Translations under genes and position numbers: made by a program
The notes under the pieces: generated by a model
Seen by the model: only the letters and a program-made list of their open reading frames with translations
What the model was told of the DNA's origin: nothing
Databases searched by the model: none
Source of the DNA: Anaerolineales bacterium
GTDB taxonomy: Bacteria > Chloroflexota > Anaerolineae > Anaerolineales > UBA11579
Length of the DNA: 54,508 nucleotides
Reading direction: 5' to 3'
Assembly (NCBI GenBank): GCA_046716985.1
Contig: JBKJWG010000315.1
Coordinates: 1-54,508, forward strand
Part shown: piece after piece, positions 25,787-36,222 of the stretch
Layout: each line of letters starts with the position of its first letter
Position numbering within the stretch: the first letter of the stretch is position 1

Positions 25787-28390
25787 ATGCCGAGCAAGCC
25801 TTCAAAGAATTTGAATGCTTTTTGGCGAGTGAGCCTAATCCTACTCGCCATTAGCGCCTGGGTAGCGCTTGCTTGGCTGCTGGCCGCTCCCAGTGAAGCC
25901 GGCGCGGCTGTTTTCTTGGGCTACTCAGCCGAGCGCCTGGCACTGGCCGCGGCCGCACTGCTGCCCGCTTTGCTTTTTTCTTGGCTGGCCTGGCGCGCGT
26001 GGAAAAGTCCTTCCTGGCTGGAGAAAACTACTGCAAGAATACAAGCAGCGCTTAAACCTGTTTCTCGCTTTTGGCTTGCACTTGTTTTATCACTGTTGCT
26101 GTTCCTGGTTAGCTGGGTGCTTTTCTTTTTACCTGCTGAGCGAGTTGCAAGTTTTATCGGCGCTTACTCGCTTTATCTCGCTAGGTTAAAGCCCTTACTT
26201 TTCTTTGGCATTTTGCTCGGGGCCATATCAGCCGGTTGGTTAACCTTTCAACACTATGGTTTGAACGCTAAGACTTTGCGCGGTGAAAGCAAGATTTTGC
26301 GCCCGGCGCTGCTCATCTTTGTTCTTCTATTGTTGGTCTGGGGACTGCTTGCCGCCATAGGTCTAGGCCTGGGCTTCGACGCCACCATCTGGAACGCACC
26401 AGGAGCGCCAATTCTCAGTAGTCAGGTCTTCTTATCTCTGCTATTCGCCCTGTTAATTTTGGTCGCCGCCCTTACTCTACGCAAAAGATTTCCAAAAGCT
26501 TTTTTATTTAAGCGACTCGATCTAACCCTGGCCGCACTGGTCTGGATCCTGGCGGCGGTTCTGTGGCTGCGCCAACCCGCTCAGCCCACCTATTACAGTG
26601 CGGAGCCGCGACCGCCCAACTTCGAAAGTTATCCAGTCTCAGATGCCTTCAACCATGATGCCATCGCCAACAATGTCTTGATCGGGCAGGGTTTTCACTT
26701 CGGCGGCTTGGTTGCCATTCGCCGCCCGCTGTATGTAATGTTTCTGGCCGGGCTTGAGGCTCTGCTGGGTCCCAATTACGACGCGGTCGTATCGGCGCAG
26801 GTGGTTGTCCTCGCCCTATTCCCCGCCCTACTTTATTTATTGGGCAGCAAATTGCACAATCGTTTGTCCGGATTGTTGCTAGCCGGCCTGATCACATTTC
26901 GAGAAGCCAACTCGATCGCGCTGGGTCACGTGGCCAATATGTCGCATGCCAAATTGCTCATGGCCGATTTGCCTACCGCGCTCAGCATGGCCGCCTTGGG
27001 CCTGGCTGCGGTAGTCTGGCTGCGCGGCTCGCCGCGCAATGGGGTGGCGGGCTTAATGACCGGCGGGCTGCTGGGCGCCTTTATTTTGCTGCGCTCGCAA
27101 ACGCTCACACTAATCCCCTTCTTTGTTGTGTTGGCTGTTTTGGTGTGGGGCTGGCGAGTGGCGTGGAAGCAGGCCTTGCTGTTTGTCGTCGGCGTCGCGT
27201 TAATTGCAAGTCCGTGGATCATTCGCAATCGAGTGCAAATGGGTCAGTGGGCGATCGAGGATTCTGTGGTCTCCGGCTTTCTGGCCAATCGTTACCGCAT
27301 TGAGCCCGGCACCTTTGGTTTGCCTTTCCTGGCCGGCGAAAGCGAGGGCGAGTACTATTCTCGCCAGATGGCTTCGGTGCGCCAGTTCGCCGTGCAAAAC
27401 CCAGGTTACGTCGCCGGTTTTGTCGCCGACAACTTCGTGCGCAACGAACTGCTCAATTTCATGGCCATGCCGGTCTCGCTGCAATTGCGCGACCTGGAAT
27501 CGCATGTGCGCGAGCTGCCTTATTGGCCCAGCTGGGATGGCCACCTGGCTGCCGAGAGCGCGCTGCCCATGCTGGCCAATTTATTTTTGGTCGGGCTGGG
27601 CCTCGTGGTAGCCTGGCAGCAGGCGCGCTGGGTCGGCCTGGTGCCATTGTTCATCAATATCGGCTTCACCATGAATTTGGCTCTGGCGCGCGTTTCGGGC
27701 TGGCGCTACAACCTGCCTGTCGATTGGACCGTGTTGCTGTATTACGCCTTGGGCATTGGGCAATTGCTTTTGTGGAGCATGTTTTTGCTGCAAGGCAATT
27801 CAAGGATAAAGAAATTCATTCCGAATTTGTCGATCATCGAAAAAACCAAAAATAAAAAAACCGGCTGGCCCACTAGAGCTCAATGGGCAGCGGCGACGCT
27901 CGCGCTTTTGTTGCTCGGCAATTCATTTCTGATCATCGAAGCACTCTCGCAGCCGCGCTATCATAAATTGTCGGCCCAGGAGGCGAGCGCGATTTTGGGT
28001 CCTGCAGAAACGCAAATTGGCGAGGAAACTCAAAAGGCACAGCTGGAAGAAATGGTGGCTCAAGGCCAACTCGATATATTGAATGGTCGTGCTTTGTACC
28101 CGAGCTTTTATCGCGCCGGAGAGGGCGTGGCCGAAAGCGATTTTGCTTTGACCATGCCGCTCGATTTCAAGCGTGTGACCTTTTATCTGGTCGGGCCCGA
28201 AGCCGCCTCAGTGATATTGCGCGTCGATAGCCAGCAGCTTGAATTCCCGGCTGGCAGCGACGTGCTCGTTCTGCGTTGCGGCACCAACGCGCTGGAGGCA
28301 TTGGCCATAGTGGTGACGTACGCGGATCAACGAAATGAATTGATAATCTCGTCTGATTTGGCCGCAGCCTGCCCGACTTTGAGTTCTTGA
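25787..28390 (+). CDS. large GT-C-like (ArnT/PMT_2-like) membrane glycosyltransferase, paralog B
   Basis: 867 aa. First-loop block 'YPVSDAFNHDAIANNVLIGQGFH'. 'SHAKLLMADLPTAL', 'ILLRSQTL' and 'ARVSGWRYNLPVDWTVLLYYALGIGQL' are collinear with 17576-20224. Confidence 0.6.
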   Translation: MPSKPSKNLNAFWRVSLILLAISAWVALAWLLAAPSEAGAAVFLGYSAERLALAAAALLPALLFSWLAWRAWKSPSWLEKTTARIQAALKPVSRFWLALVLSLLLFLVSWVLFFLPAERVASFIGAYSLYLARLKPLLFFGILLGAISAGWLTFQHYGLNAKTLRGESKILRPALLIFVLLLLVWGLLAAIGLGLGFDATIWNAPGAPILSSQVFLSLLFALLILVAALTLRKRFPKAFLFKRLDLTLAALVWILAAVLWLRQPAQPTYYSAEPRPPNFESYPVSDAFNHDAIANNVLIGQGFHFGGLVAIRRPLYVMFLAGLEALLGPNYDAVVSAQVVVLALFPALLYLLGSKLHNRLSGLLLAGLITFREANSIALGHVANMSHAKLLMADLPTALSMAALGLAAVVWLRGSPRNGVAGLMTGGLLGAFILLRSQTLTLIPFFVVLAVLVWGWRVAWKQALLFVVGVALIASPWIIRNRVQMGQWAIEDSVVSGFLANRYRIEPGTFGLPFLAGESEGEYYSRQMASVRQFAVQNPGYVAGFVADNFVRNELLNFMAMPVSLQLRDLESHVRELPYWPSWDGHLAAESALPMLANLFLVGLGLVVAWQQARWVGLVPLFINIGFTMNLALARVSGWRYNLPVDWTVLLYYALGIGQLLLWSMFLLQGNSRIKKFIPNLSIIEKTKNKKTGWPTRAQWAAATLALLLLGNSFLIIEALSQPRYHKLSAQEASAILGPAETQIGEETQKAQLEEMVAQGQLDILNGRALYPSFYRAGEGVAESDFALTMPLDFKRVTFYLVGPEAASVILRVDSQQLEFPAGSDVLVLRCGTNALEALAIVVTYADQRNELIISSDLAAACPTLSS

Positions 28391-28391
28391 C

Positions 28392-29945
28392 ATGGCCAAG
28401 TCGAAGAAATCTACTCGGCAACCCTCGCGAAATTTCGTGCCGGGTCTTTGGGTTCTCGGTTCGCTATTAGCCTTGTCTTTTATCTCGGCTTGGGTTTCCA
28501 GTTCATTCAAGTCAATATCAAGCTGGCCCTCTTTTGCCGCTGTACTCATGTTTTGTGCTCTGATTTTCTGGTTGACCTGGCGCGCCCTCCAACAAGAAAA
28601 GCCACCCCGTTGGCTGCTGTATTTGACTATTGGTGCGGCAGTATTCCGACTGGCGCTCGGGGTGCTCTGGTCCGTAGCGCTACCCGCCGGCGGCTACGAC
28701 ACCGAGGTGCAGAATGCCGGCTACGTGATGGAAGATGCCTTCAACCGCGACCGCGCCGGGTGGGAGTTAGCTCAATCTGGGCAGCCACTAATCGACGCTT
28801 TTCGCGGTTACAGCGTCACCGATCAATATGGCGGCTTACTCTTCTTGAGCGCAGGTATCTATCGATATTTAGGGAGCACGGAACACCAGCCTTTGTTGGT
28901 GCTTACACTGGCGGCAGCCGTCTCTGGGCTGGCAGTAGCCTTCACCTGGGCCTTCGCTCGCCGCGCTTGGGGTGAGCGAGTGGCCCTGCTGGCGGCATGG
29001 GGGTTGGCTCTTTATCCTGAGGCCGCGCTTTTGGGTTCTTCGCAAATGCGTGAGGCTTTCACAGTTTGCCTTGTTCCCGTGGCTTTGTTTGGCCTTCAGC
29101 GCGTGATGAAGAAAATCGACAGAACTGGCATCCTGCTTTTGGCTATTCCAATGGCCGCGGCCACTTTGCTTACGCGGCCGTTTGTGTTCTCTTTGGTTTT
29201 GCTTTTAGCTTTGGCGTATCTAGCTCTTGATAAATGGCGTTTGCTGCGCGACCGTAGGCTGTGGTTTGCAGCAGGTTTGGCTGCCGTGATTGGGTTGGCT
29301 TACCTTGTTTTTTCCGCTGACCTTGCCCAGCTGTGGCTGGTGCAGTCTGCGCGCTGGCAGGCCTACGTCAGCGCCAACGCTTCTGGGTGGGTGGCGCGTG
29401 AATTTGAGCGCATGCCACTCTGGCAGCAGCTGCCTGCGTTGATGATCTACGGGATTTTCCGGCCGCTGCTGCCGGCAGCGCTCACCGCCGGCGGCCCGCC
29501 CATCTGGGTTGCTATCGGCATCTGGCGTTCGGTGGGCTGGACAATCTTGCTGTCACTTCTTGTTTACGCTACTTATTTAGTTTTGCGTTCGCCAGCTTGG
29601 AAACAGTTGCCCGGCGCTTTGCTTCTCTCCAGCTGGATCGTTAGCCTGACAGCTTCTTATCGCGGCGGCGGCGATCTGTGGGACAACCCGCGCTACCGCA
29701 GCGCCTTCGCAGCCGTGCAAGTGGCCCTCGCGGCTTGGGCCTGGGTGCGCCACACGGAGACCAAAGATCCCTGGCTGCGGCGCGCCTTTGGCTCCGGCAT
29801 GCAGATGATGGCCTGGTTCATTCCCTGGTATCTGCGCCGTTATGTGGGTTTGCCCTGGTGGCCAATAGTTGAGCTTTATCAAGTCATCGGCCTTGGTTTG
29901 GCCAGCGCAGCCCTTTACGTGATCTGGGATTGGACCGGCTCTTGA
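28392..29945 (+). CDS. polytopic membrane protein, possible GT-C-type glycosyltransferase
   Basis: 517 aa. The ATG follows the upstream stop after 1 nt. There are more than 10 hydrophobic segments and an acidic loop after TM2, 'GYVMEDAFNRDRAGWELA'. The family is not recognised with certainty. Confidence 0.45.
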   Translation: MAKSKKSTRQPSRNFVPGLWVLGSLLALSFISAWVSSSFKSISSWPSFAAVLMFCALIFWLTWRALQQEKPPRWLLYLTIGAAVFRLALGVLWSVALPAGGYDTEVQNAGYVMEDAFNRDRAGWELAQSGQPLIDAFRGYSVTDQYGGLLFLSAGIYRYLGSTEHQPLLVLTLAAAVSGLAVAFTWAFARRAWGERVALLAAWGLALYPEAALLGSSQMREAFTVCLVPVALFGLQRVMKKIDRTGILLLAIPMAAATLLTRPFVFSLVLLLALAYLALDKWRLLRDRRLWFAAGLAAVIGLAYLVFSADLAQLWLVQSARWQAYVSANASGWVAREFERMPLWQQLPALMIYGIFRPLLPAALTAGGPPIWVAIGIWRSVGWTILLSLLVYATYLVLRSPAWKQLPGALLLSSWIVSLTASYRGGGDLWDNPRYRSAFAAVQVALAAWAWVRHTETKDPWLRRAFGSGMQMMAWFIPWYLRRYVGLPWWPIVELYQVIGLGLASAALYVIWDWTGS

Positions 29946-29969
29946 CCTTTGCTTTCCGTTTGTTATAAT
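29942..29969 (+). promoter_or_regulatory. sigma70-type promoter (TTGACC - 16 nt - TGtTATAAT)
   Basis: The -35 TTGACC lies at 29942-29947. The extended -10 TGTTATAAT lies at 29961-29969, with TATAAT at 29964-29969. The start codon of the regulator gene at 29996 is 27 nt downstream. Confidence 0.55.
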
Positions 29970-29995
29970 TCAACGTCTGAATTTTAGACACCTGT

Positions 29996-30508
29996 ATGAC
30001 CGAACAAAGCGCTGATACCGGCCGCGATATGCTGCTTTTGGAGCAGATCGAGACTGACCCGGATGTGACCCAGGCGTCCCTCGCAGGGCAGTTGGGCGTT
30101 GCCGTGGGCACCGTCAATTGGCACCTTAAGCGCCTAGTGGCCAAAGGCTATGTAAAGGTCACCCGCGCCCGCCGCCGAAAGCTGCGCTATATCATCACCC
30201 CGCAAGGCATTACCTTACGCGCCAAGCTCACCGTGGATTATGTGGAGCGCTCTATGCGCCTTTATCGCAAAACCCGCCGCCAGGTGCAGACTCTACTGGC
30301 TGAGGTGCGCGCGGCCGGGTACCAAACTGTGCGGGTCGAAAAGGCTGCCGGCAGCCCGGACGACATCGTAGATATCTGCCGCTTGACTTGCTTAGAGCAG
30401 GGCATGCAAGTTTCAAAAGAAAATGAGTCCGTTCCGACATTGCGCGTGATTGGGCAAAAGGTCCATTTAGAAATGATGGGAGAGCATGAGCCCCAAGCAG
30501 CTGCCTAA
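29996..30508 (+). CDS. winged-helix MarR-family EPS-associated transcriptional regulator with C-terminal extension
   Basis: 'LLLEQIETDPDVTQASLAGQLGVAVGTVNWHLKRLVAKGYVKVTRARRRKLRYIITPQGITLRAKLTVDYVERSM' follows the wHTH pattern of EPS-locus MarR regulators. About 60 extra C-terminal residues follow. The 3' end overlaps the next gene by 23 nt. Confidence 0.7.
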   Translation: MTEQSADTGRDMLLLEQIETDPDVTQASLAGQLGVAVGTVNWHLKRLVAKGYVKVTRARRRKLRYIITPQGITLRAKLTVDYVERSMRLYRKTRRQVQTLLAEVRAAGYQTVRVEKAAGSPDDIVDICRLTCLEQGMQVSKENESVPTLRVIGQKVHLEMMGEHEPQAAA

Positions 30509-31523
30509 GAAAAGCAAAGCCAAACACGTAGTGGTCACCGGTGGCGCGGGCTACATTGGATCGCTGCTGGTTGGCGAGCTGTTGCGCAACGGCTACCGCG
30601 TCTCTGTGCTCGACAAACTGCTCTTTGGCGGCGACTCGCTGGTCGGCTACCTGGCGCATCCCAATTTCAATTTCGTCAAAGCCGATGTGTGGGAGCCGCG
30701 CGCGTTGCGCGAAGTGCTCAAGACCTCGACCGGCAAGCCGGACGCGGTTGTGCACCTGGCAGCCATCGTCGGCTTTCCCGCCTGCCAGGCCGTGGGCCGC
30801 GCTGTGGCGTGGCGCTATAACGTGGAGGCTACCCAGCGCGTCTTCGAGCAAGCAGCAGACTTGGGTGTGAAGCGTTTTATTTTCAGTTCAACCTATAGCA
30901 ATTATGGCCAGTCGCCCGAAGGCAAACTGGTCACGGAAGAATCTCCGCTCAACCCGCAATCACTTTACGCAGAGACCAAGATCGCAGCAGAAGAATTCTT
31001 GCTAAAGCAAAACGGCGCCGGCTGTGCACCGCTTATTTTCCGTTTCGCAACGCTTTACGGCATTTCGCCACGTACTCGCTTCGATCTGATCGTCAATCAG
31101 TTCGTTTTAGATGCTTACACCAAGCGTGAGCTACTTATCTACCAGCGCGGTTACTCGCGCTCGTTCGTGCACGTGCGCGATATTGTGGCCGGCATTCTGT
31201 TGGGCCTCGAAGCGCCCGAAAAGAAAGTGCGCGGCGAGATCTTCAACCTCGGCGCTGAAAGCGGCAACTACCGCAAGGATCAGATCGTAGAATTTATCCT
31301 CAAACGCCTGCCCGAGATCACTGTGCGCTATAAAGACCTGACCTTCGGCGGCGACATGCGCGACATCAGTGTTTCCTTCGAGAAGGTGCGCCGCGTGCTG
31401 GGTTTTAAGACCAGCCTGACGGTGGATGACGGCGTGCGCGAAGTGCTGCACGCTTTGCAAGAAGGTTTGATCAAAGATCCCCAAGACGAGCGTTTCCGCA
31501 ATGCTCAATTCATTGTGCAGTAG
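30486..31523 (+). CDS. NAD-dependent nucleotide-sugar epimerase/dehydratase (extended SDR)
   Basis: 'VVVTGGAGYIGSLLVGELL' is the GxxGxxG motif. The catalytic motif is 'YAETK'. About 345 aa. Substrate is unknown. Confidence 0.8.
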   Translation: MSPKQLPKKSKAKHVVVTGGAGYIGSLLVGELLRNGYRVSVLDKLLFGGDSLVGYLAHPNFNFVKADVWEPRALREVLKTSTGKPDAVVHLAAIVGFPACQAVGRAVAWRYNVEATQRVFEQAADLGVKRFIFSSTYSNYGQSPEGKLVTEESPLNPQSLYAETKIAAEEFLLKQNGAGCAPLIFRFATLYGISPRTRFDLIVNQFVLDAYTKRELLIYQRGYSRSFVHVRDIVAGILLGLEAPEKKVRGEIFNLGAESGNYRKDQIVEFILKRLPEITVRYKDLTFGGDMRDISVSFEKVRRVLGFKTSLTVDDGVREVLHALQEGLIKDPQDERFRNAQFIVQ

Positions 31524-33352
<1,829 letters not shown>

Positions 33353-34636
33353 ATGAGCGACTACGCTATTCAAGTCGTTGGCCTGGGGAAGCAATATCAA
33401 CTGGGCGGTGATTCCTCTAGCTATCGCACACTGCGCGACACAATCAGCGACACGCTCACTTGGCCGGTGCGCTTGCTGCGCGGCCAGTTGCGCCACCGCG
33501 CTGAAAAGATCTGGGCGCTGCGCGACATTTCTTTCGAAGTAAAGCCCGGCCATGTGTTGGGCGTCATCGGCCGCAACGGCGCCGGCAAAAGCACGCTGCT
33601 GAAGATCCTTTCGCGCGTCACTGAGCCCAGCGCTGGCTACGCTGAGATACGCGGCCGGGTCGGCTCGCTGCTCGAAGTCGGCACCGGCTTTCATCCCGAG
33701 CTCAGCGGCCGCGAGAACATTTACCTGAACGGCGCCGTGTTAGGCATGAAGCGCCGCGAGATCGCCAAAAAATTCGACGAAATCGTCGAGTTCTCCGGCG
33801 TATCGAAATTCATCGATACGGCTGTCAAGCATTATTCCAGCGGTATGTATCTGCGCCTGGCCTTCTCCGTGGCGGCGCACCTGGAGCCAGAGATCCTCGT
33901 CGTGGACGAGGTGCTGGCAGTGGGTGACGCTGAATTCCAGCGCAAGTGCCTGGGTAAGATGAGCGACGTGGCCGAGGCGGGCCGTACCGTTCTTTTCGTC
34001 AGCCACAACATGTCGGCTATTCTGCGTCTCACGGAAGAATCGATCGTGCTGGACCGCGGCCAGTTGGTTTACCGCGCGCCCACCCGACAGGCTGTGGACT
34101 ATTACATGTCTTCGGGCCTTTCGCAGAGTGGCGAGCGCATCTGGTCGGATGATGAAGTGCCGGCGGACGCAGCACCCTTCAAGCCCATTTCGATGCGCGT
34201 GCGTGATCCAAAAGGCAACGTCGCTGAAACGGTGCAATCGCGCCAGCCACTTGAGATCGAAATTGAATATGAACTAGCGCAGCCCATTCAAGGTTTGCGC
34301 GTGGGGCTCTATTTGCAAAGTTTGCGCGGCGAAGTGATCCTAACTTCATTCGATACCGACGAGCCCAAGCAATACGATAAATACGGCACGCGCGCCGCAG
34401 GCCACTATGTGAGCCGCGCCGCATTGCCCGCCAATCTCCTGAATGAGGGCCAATACCTACTCGGCATCAACGCCAGCTCGTTCCGCGTGCGCCGTTATTT
34501 CTCCGACGAACGCGCCCTGGCCTTCACAGTGGATGCCATGGGCGCCCCTGGTATGCAATGGCCCGAGCCGCGTCAGGGTTTCGTGCGCCCGCAACTCGAT
34601 TGGAAGATCGAACAGCTCGAAAAGGTGACCGCATGA
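33353..34636 (+). CDS. wzt: ABC polysaccharide export ATPase with ~180-aa C-terminal extension (Wzt_C-like)
   Basis: Walker A 'GVIGRNGAGKSTLLKIL', signature 'YSSGMYLRLAFSVA' and Walker B 'ILVVDEVLAVGD'. The NBD ends near residue ~245. A further beta-rich domain follows ('PLEIEIEYELAQPIQGLRVGLYLQS...YLLGINASS'). Confidence 0.85.
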   Translation: MSDYAIQVVGLGKQYQLGGDSSSYRTLRDTISDTLTWPVRLLRGQLRHRAEKIWALRDISFEVKPGHVLGVIGRNGAGKSTLLKILSRVTEPSAGYAEIRGRVGSLLEVGTGFHPELSGRENIYLNGAVLGMKRREIAKKFDEIVEFSGVSKFIDTAVKHYSSGMYLRLAFSVAAHLEPEILVVDEVLAVGDAEFQRKCLGKMSDVAEAGRTVLFVSHNMSAILRLTEESIVLDRGQLVYRAPTRQAVDYYMSSGLSQSGERIWSDDEVPADAAPFKPISMRVRDPKGNVAETVQSRQPLEIEIEYELAQPIQGLRVGLYLQSLRGEVILTSFDTDEPKQYDKYGTRAAGHYVSRAALPANLLNEGQYLLGINASSFRVRRYFSDERALAFTVDAMGAPGMQWPEPRQGFVRPQLDWKIEQLEKVTA

Positions 34637-36222
34637 CCTTGCCAGCCACCAAACTCAAACGCATCTTAGGTGAATTGCCGCTCGCAGCCGAGCTCGATTG
34701 GGCGCTGCGCGGCCGACGCGCCCCTATGGATGGCTTTAAGCTTGAAGAGCTTAAGTCCGCCTTACCCAATTGGGTTGAGCAGGTAAAAAATTCTCCGCTG
34801 CGCAATCAGACCGGCAAGAAGGTGCTGGTCTTCGCCACGCTGCATTATTGGATTAGCCATGCAACCTTGCTCTCACTTGCGTTGGCAGGCATGGGACACA
34901 AGGTTACGTTCAGCTATTTGCCATACTCAAATTGGAAAAAACCGCTCAGCAAATTCGATCTGCGCCGCCGCGAGGCTTACGCCCGCAGTGTGTTCAAGCC
35001 AGCCGAACTTGTAATTGCAATCAATTCATTTGCGCAGAGCACTGCTGTTTCGCTACCCGACTCTTTGGCAGAAGCCATCGAGCAAGTTGCGATTATGGAT
35101 GCGCAGTACACACTCCAAATGGAAGAAGTGGATAAAAGCAGCGAATTGTTTCAACTGCGCTTGCAGCGCAATCAAGCTGCCGCAGCCGGTGCGCTGGCTT
35201 GGGTGCAAGCCGAGCAACCGGATGTTGTCATTTTGCCCAATGGGCTCATTCTTGAATTTGGCGCGGTATTACAGGCTGCTCGCCATTTGAATATCCCAGT
35301 GGTGAGCTATGAATTCGGCGAACAGCGCGGCCGCATTTGGTTGGCGCGCAATACGTCCGTGATGCTGCAGGAAACCGACGCGCTCTGGCGCGCTAAGAGG
35401 GATGAATCCTTTAGCGATGCGCAGCGAGCCGAAGTGGAGGAACTCTTCGCCACGCGCCAAGCTGCAGGCTTGTTCCGTCATTTCTATCGCCGCTGGCAAG
35501 ATGTGCCTGCTGAGGGCGCTGCACAAGTGCGCGTTAAACTCAATCTAGATGCGCGCCCTATTGTTCTCTTGGCCGCCAACGTGATCGGCGACAGCCTCAC
35601 TCTAGGCCGCGCCGCTTTCACCGGAGATATGAGCACCTGGCTGCGCCGCACCCTGGCGTATTTCGCCAAGCGTCCTGATTTGCAATTCGTGCTGCGCGTG
35701 CACCCAGGCGAGCGCAATCTGGGCGGTCCCTCCGTTGCCGACCTCGTGCGCGCCGAACTGCCGCAGCTGCCCGCCCACATGCGCATCGTGGCCGCCAGCG
35801 ACCCGATCAACACTTATGACTTGGTCGCCACGGCCGATTTGGGCCTGGTTTACACCACCACTGTCGGCTTGGAGATGGCCATGAGCGGCCTGCCTGTCAT
35901 CGTGGCCGGACGCACTCACTATCGCGGCAAAGGTTTCACTTTTGACCCGACTAGCTGGGAGGATTATTTCGCAAACGTAGAAAAGATCCTCGCCGATTTA
36001 CCGGCCTCCCGTCTAACTAAAGAACAGGTCGATAAGGCTTGGCACTATGCCTACAGCTTCTTCTTCGACTACCCGCAACCCTTTCCGTGGCACCTGCTGC
36101 ATTTTGAAAAAGATTTAGAGAATACGTCGTTGGCAGAAGTATTTACGCAACAGGCACAAGAAACCTACCGCCGCACATTTGACTATTTGTTAGGAGAACC
36201 CTTTGACTGGGATGCCGACTGA
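34633..36222 (+). CDS. KpsS/KpsC-like (Capsule_synth family) glycosyltransferase candidate
   Basis: The track start at 34558 lies inside wzt. The in-frame ATG at 34633 forms an ATGA overlap with the wzt stop. 'LRVHPGERNLGG' has its HP codons at 35701-35706. 'LVYTTTVGLEMAMSGLPVIVAGRTHYRGKGFT' parallels, from memory, E. coli KpsS 'HHPMDRG' and 'VVTINSTAGISAL...GNALYDIKGLT'. Confidence 0.5.
   Translation: MTLPATKLKRILGELPLAAELDWALRGRRAPMDGFKLEELKSALPNWVEQVKNSPLRNQTGKKVLVFATLHYWISHATLLSLALAGMGHKVTFSYLPYSNWKKPLSKFDLRRREAYARSVFKPAELVIAINSFAQSTAVSLPDSLAEAIEQVAIMDAQYTLQMEEVDKSSELFQLRLQRNQAAAAGALAWVQAEQPDVVILPNGLILEFGAVLQAARHLNIPVVSYEFGEQRGRIWLARNTSVMLQETDALWRAKRDESFSDAQRAEVEELFATRQAAGLFRHFYRRWQDVPAEGAAQVRVKLNLDARPIVLLAANVIGDSLTLGRAAFTGDMSTWLRRTLAYFAKRPDLQFVLRVHPGERNLGGPSVADLVRAELPQLPAHMRIVAASDPINTYDLVATADLGLVYTTTVGLEMAMSGLPVIVAGRTHYRGKGFTFDPTSWEDYFANVEKILADLPASRLTKEQVDKAWHYAYSFFFDYPQPFPWHLLHFEKDLENTSLAEVFTQQAQETYRRTFDYLLGEPFDWDAD

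Noticed and set aside
17576-28390. The two ~870-aa paralogs as STT3/PglB/AglB-type oligosaccharyltransferases (the first-loop 'DAFNHD' vaguely recalls 'DPWFNYR')
   Set aside because: No WWDYG-type motif is present in either C-terminal region. I keep the generic GT-C-like call.
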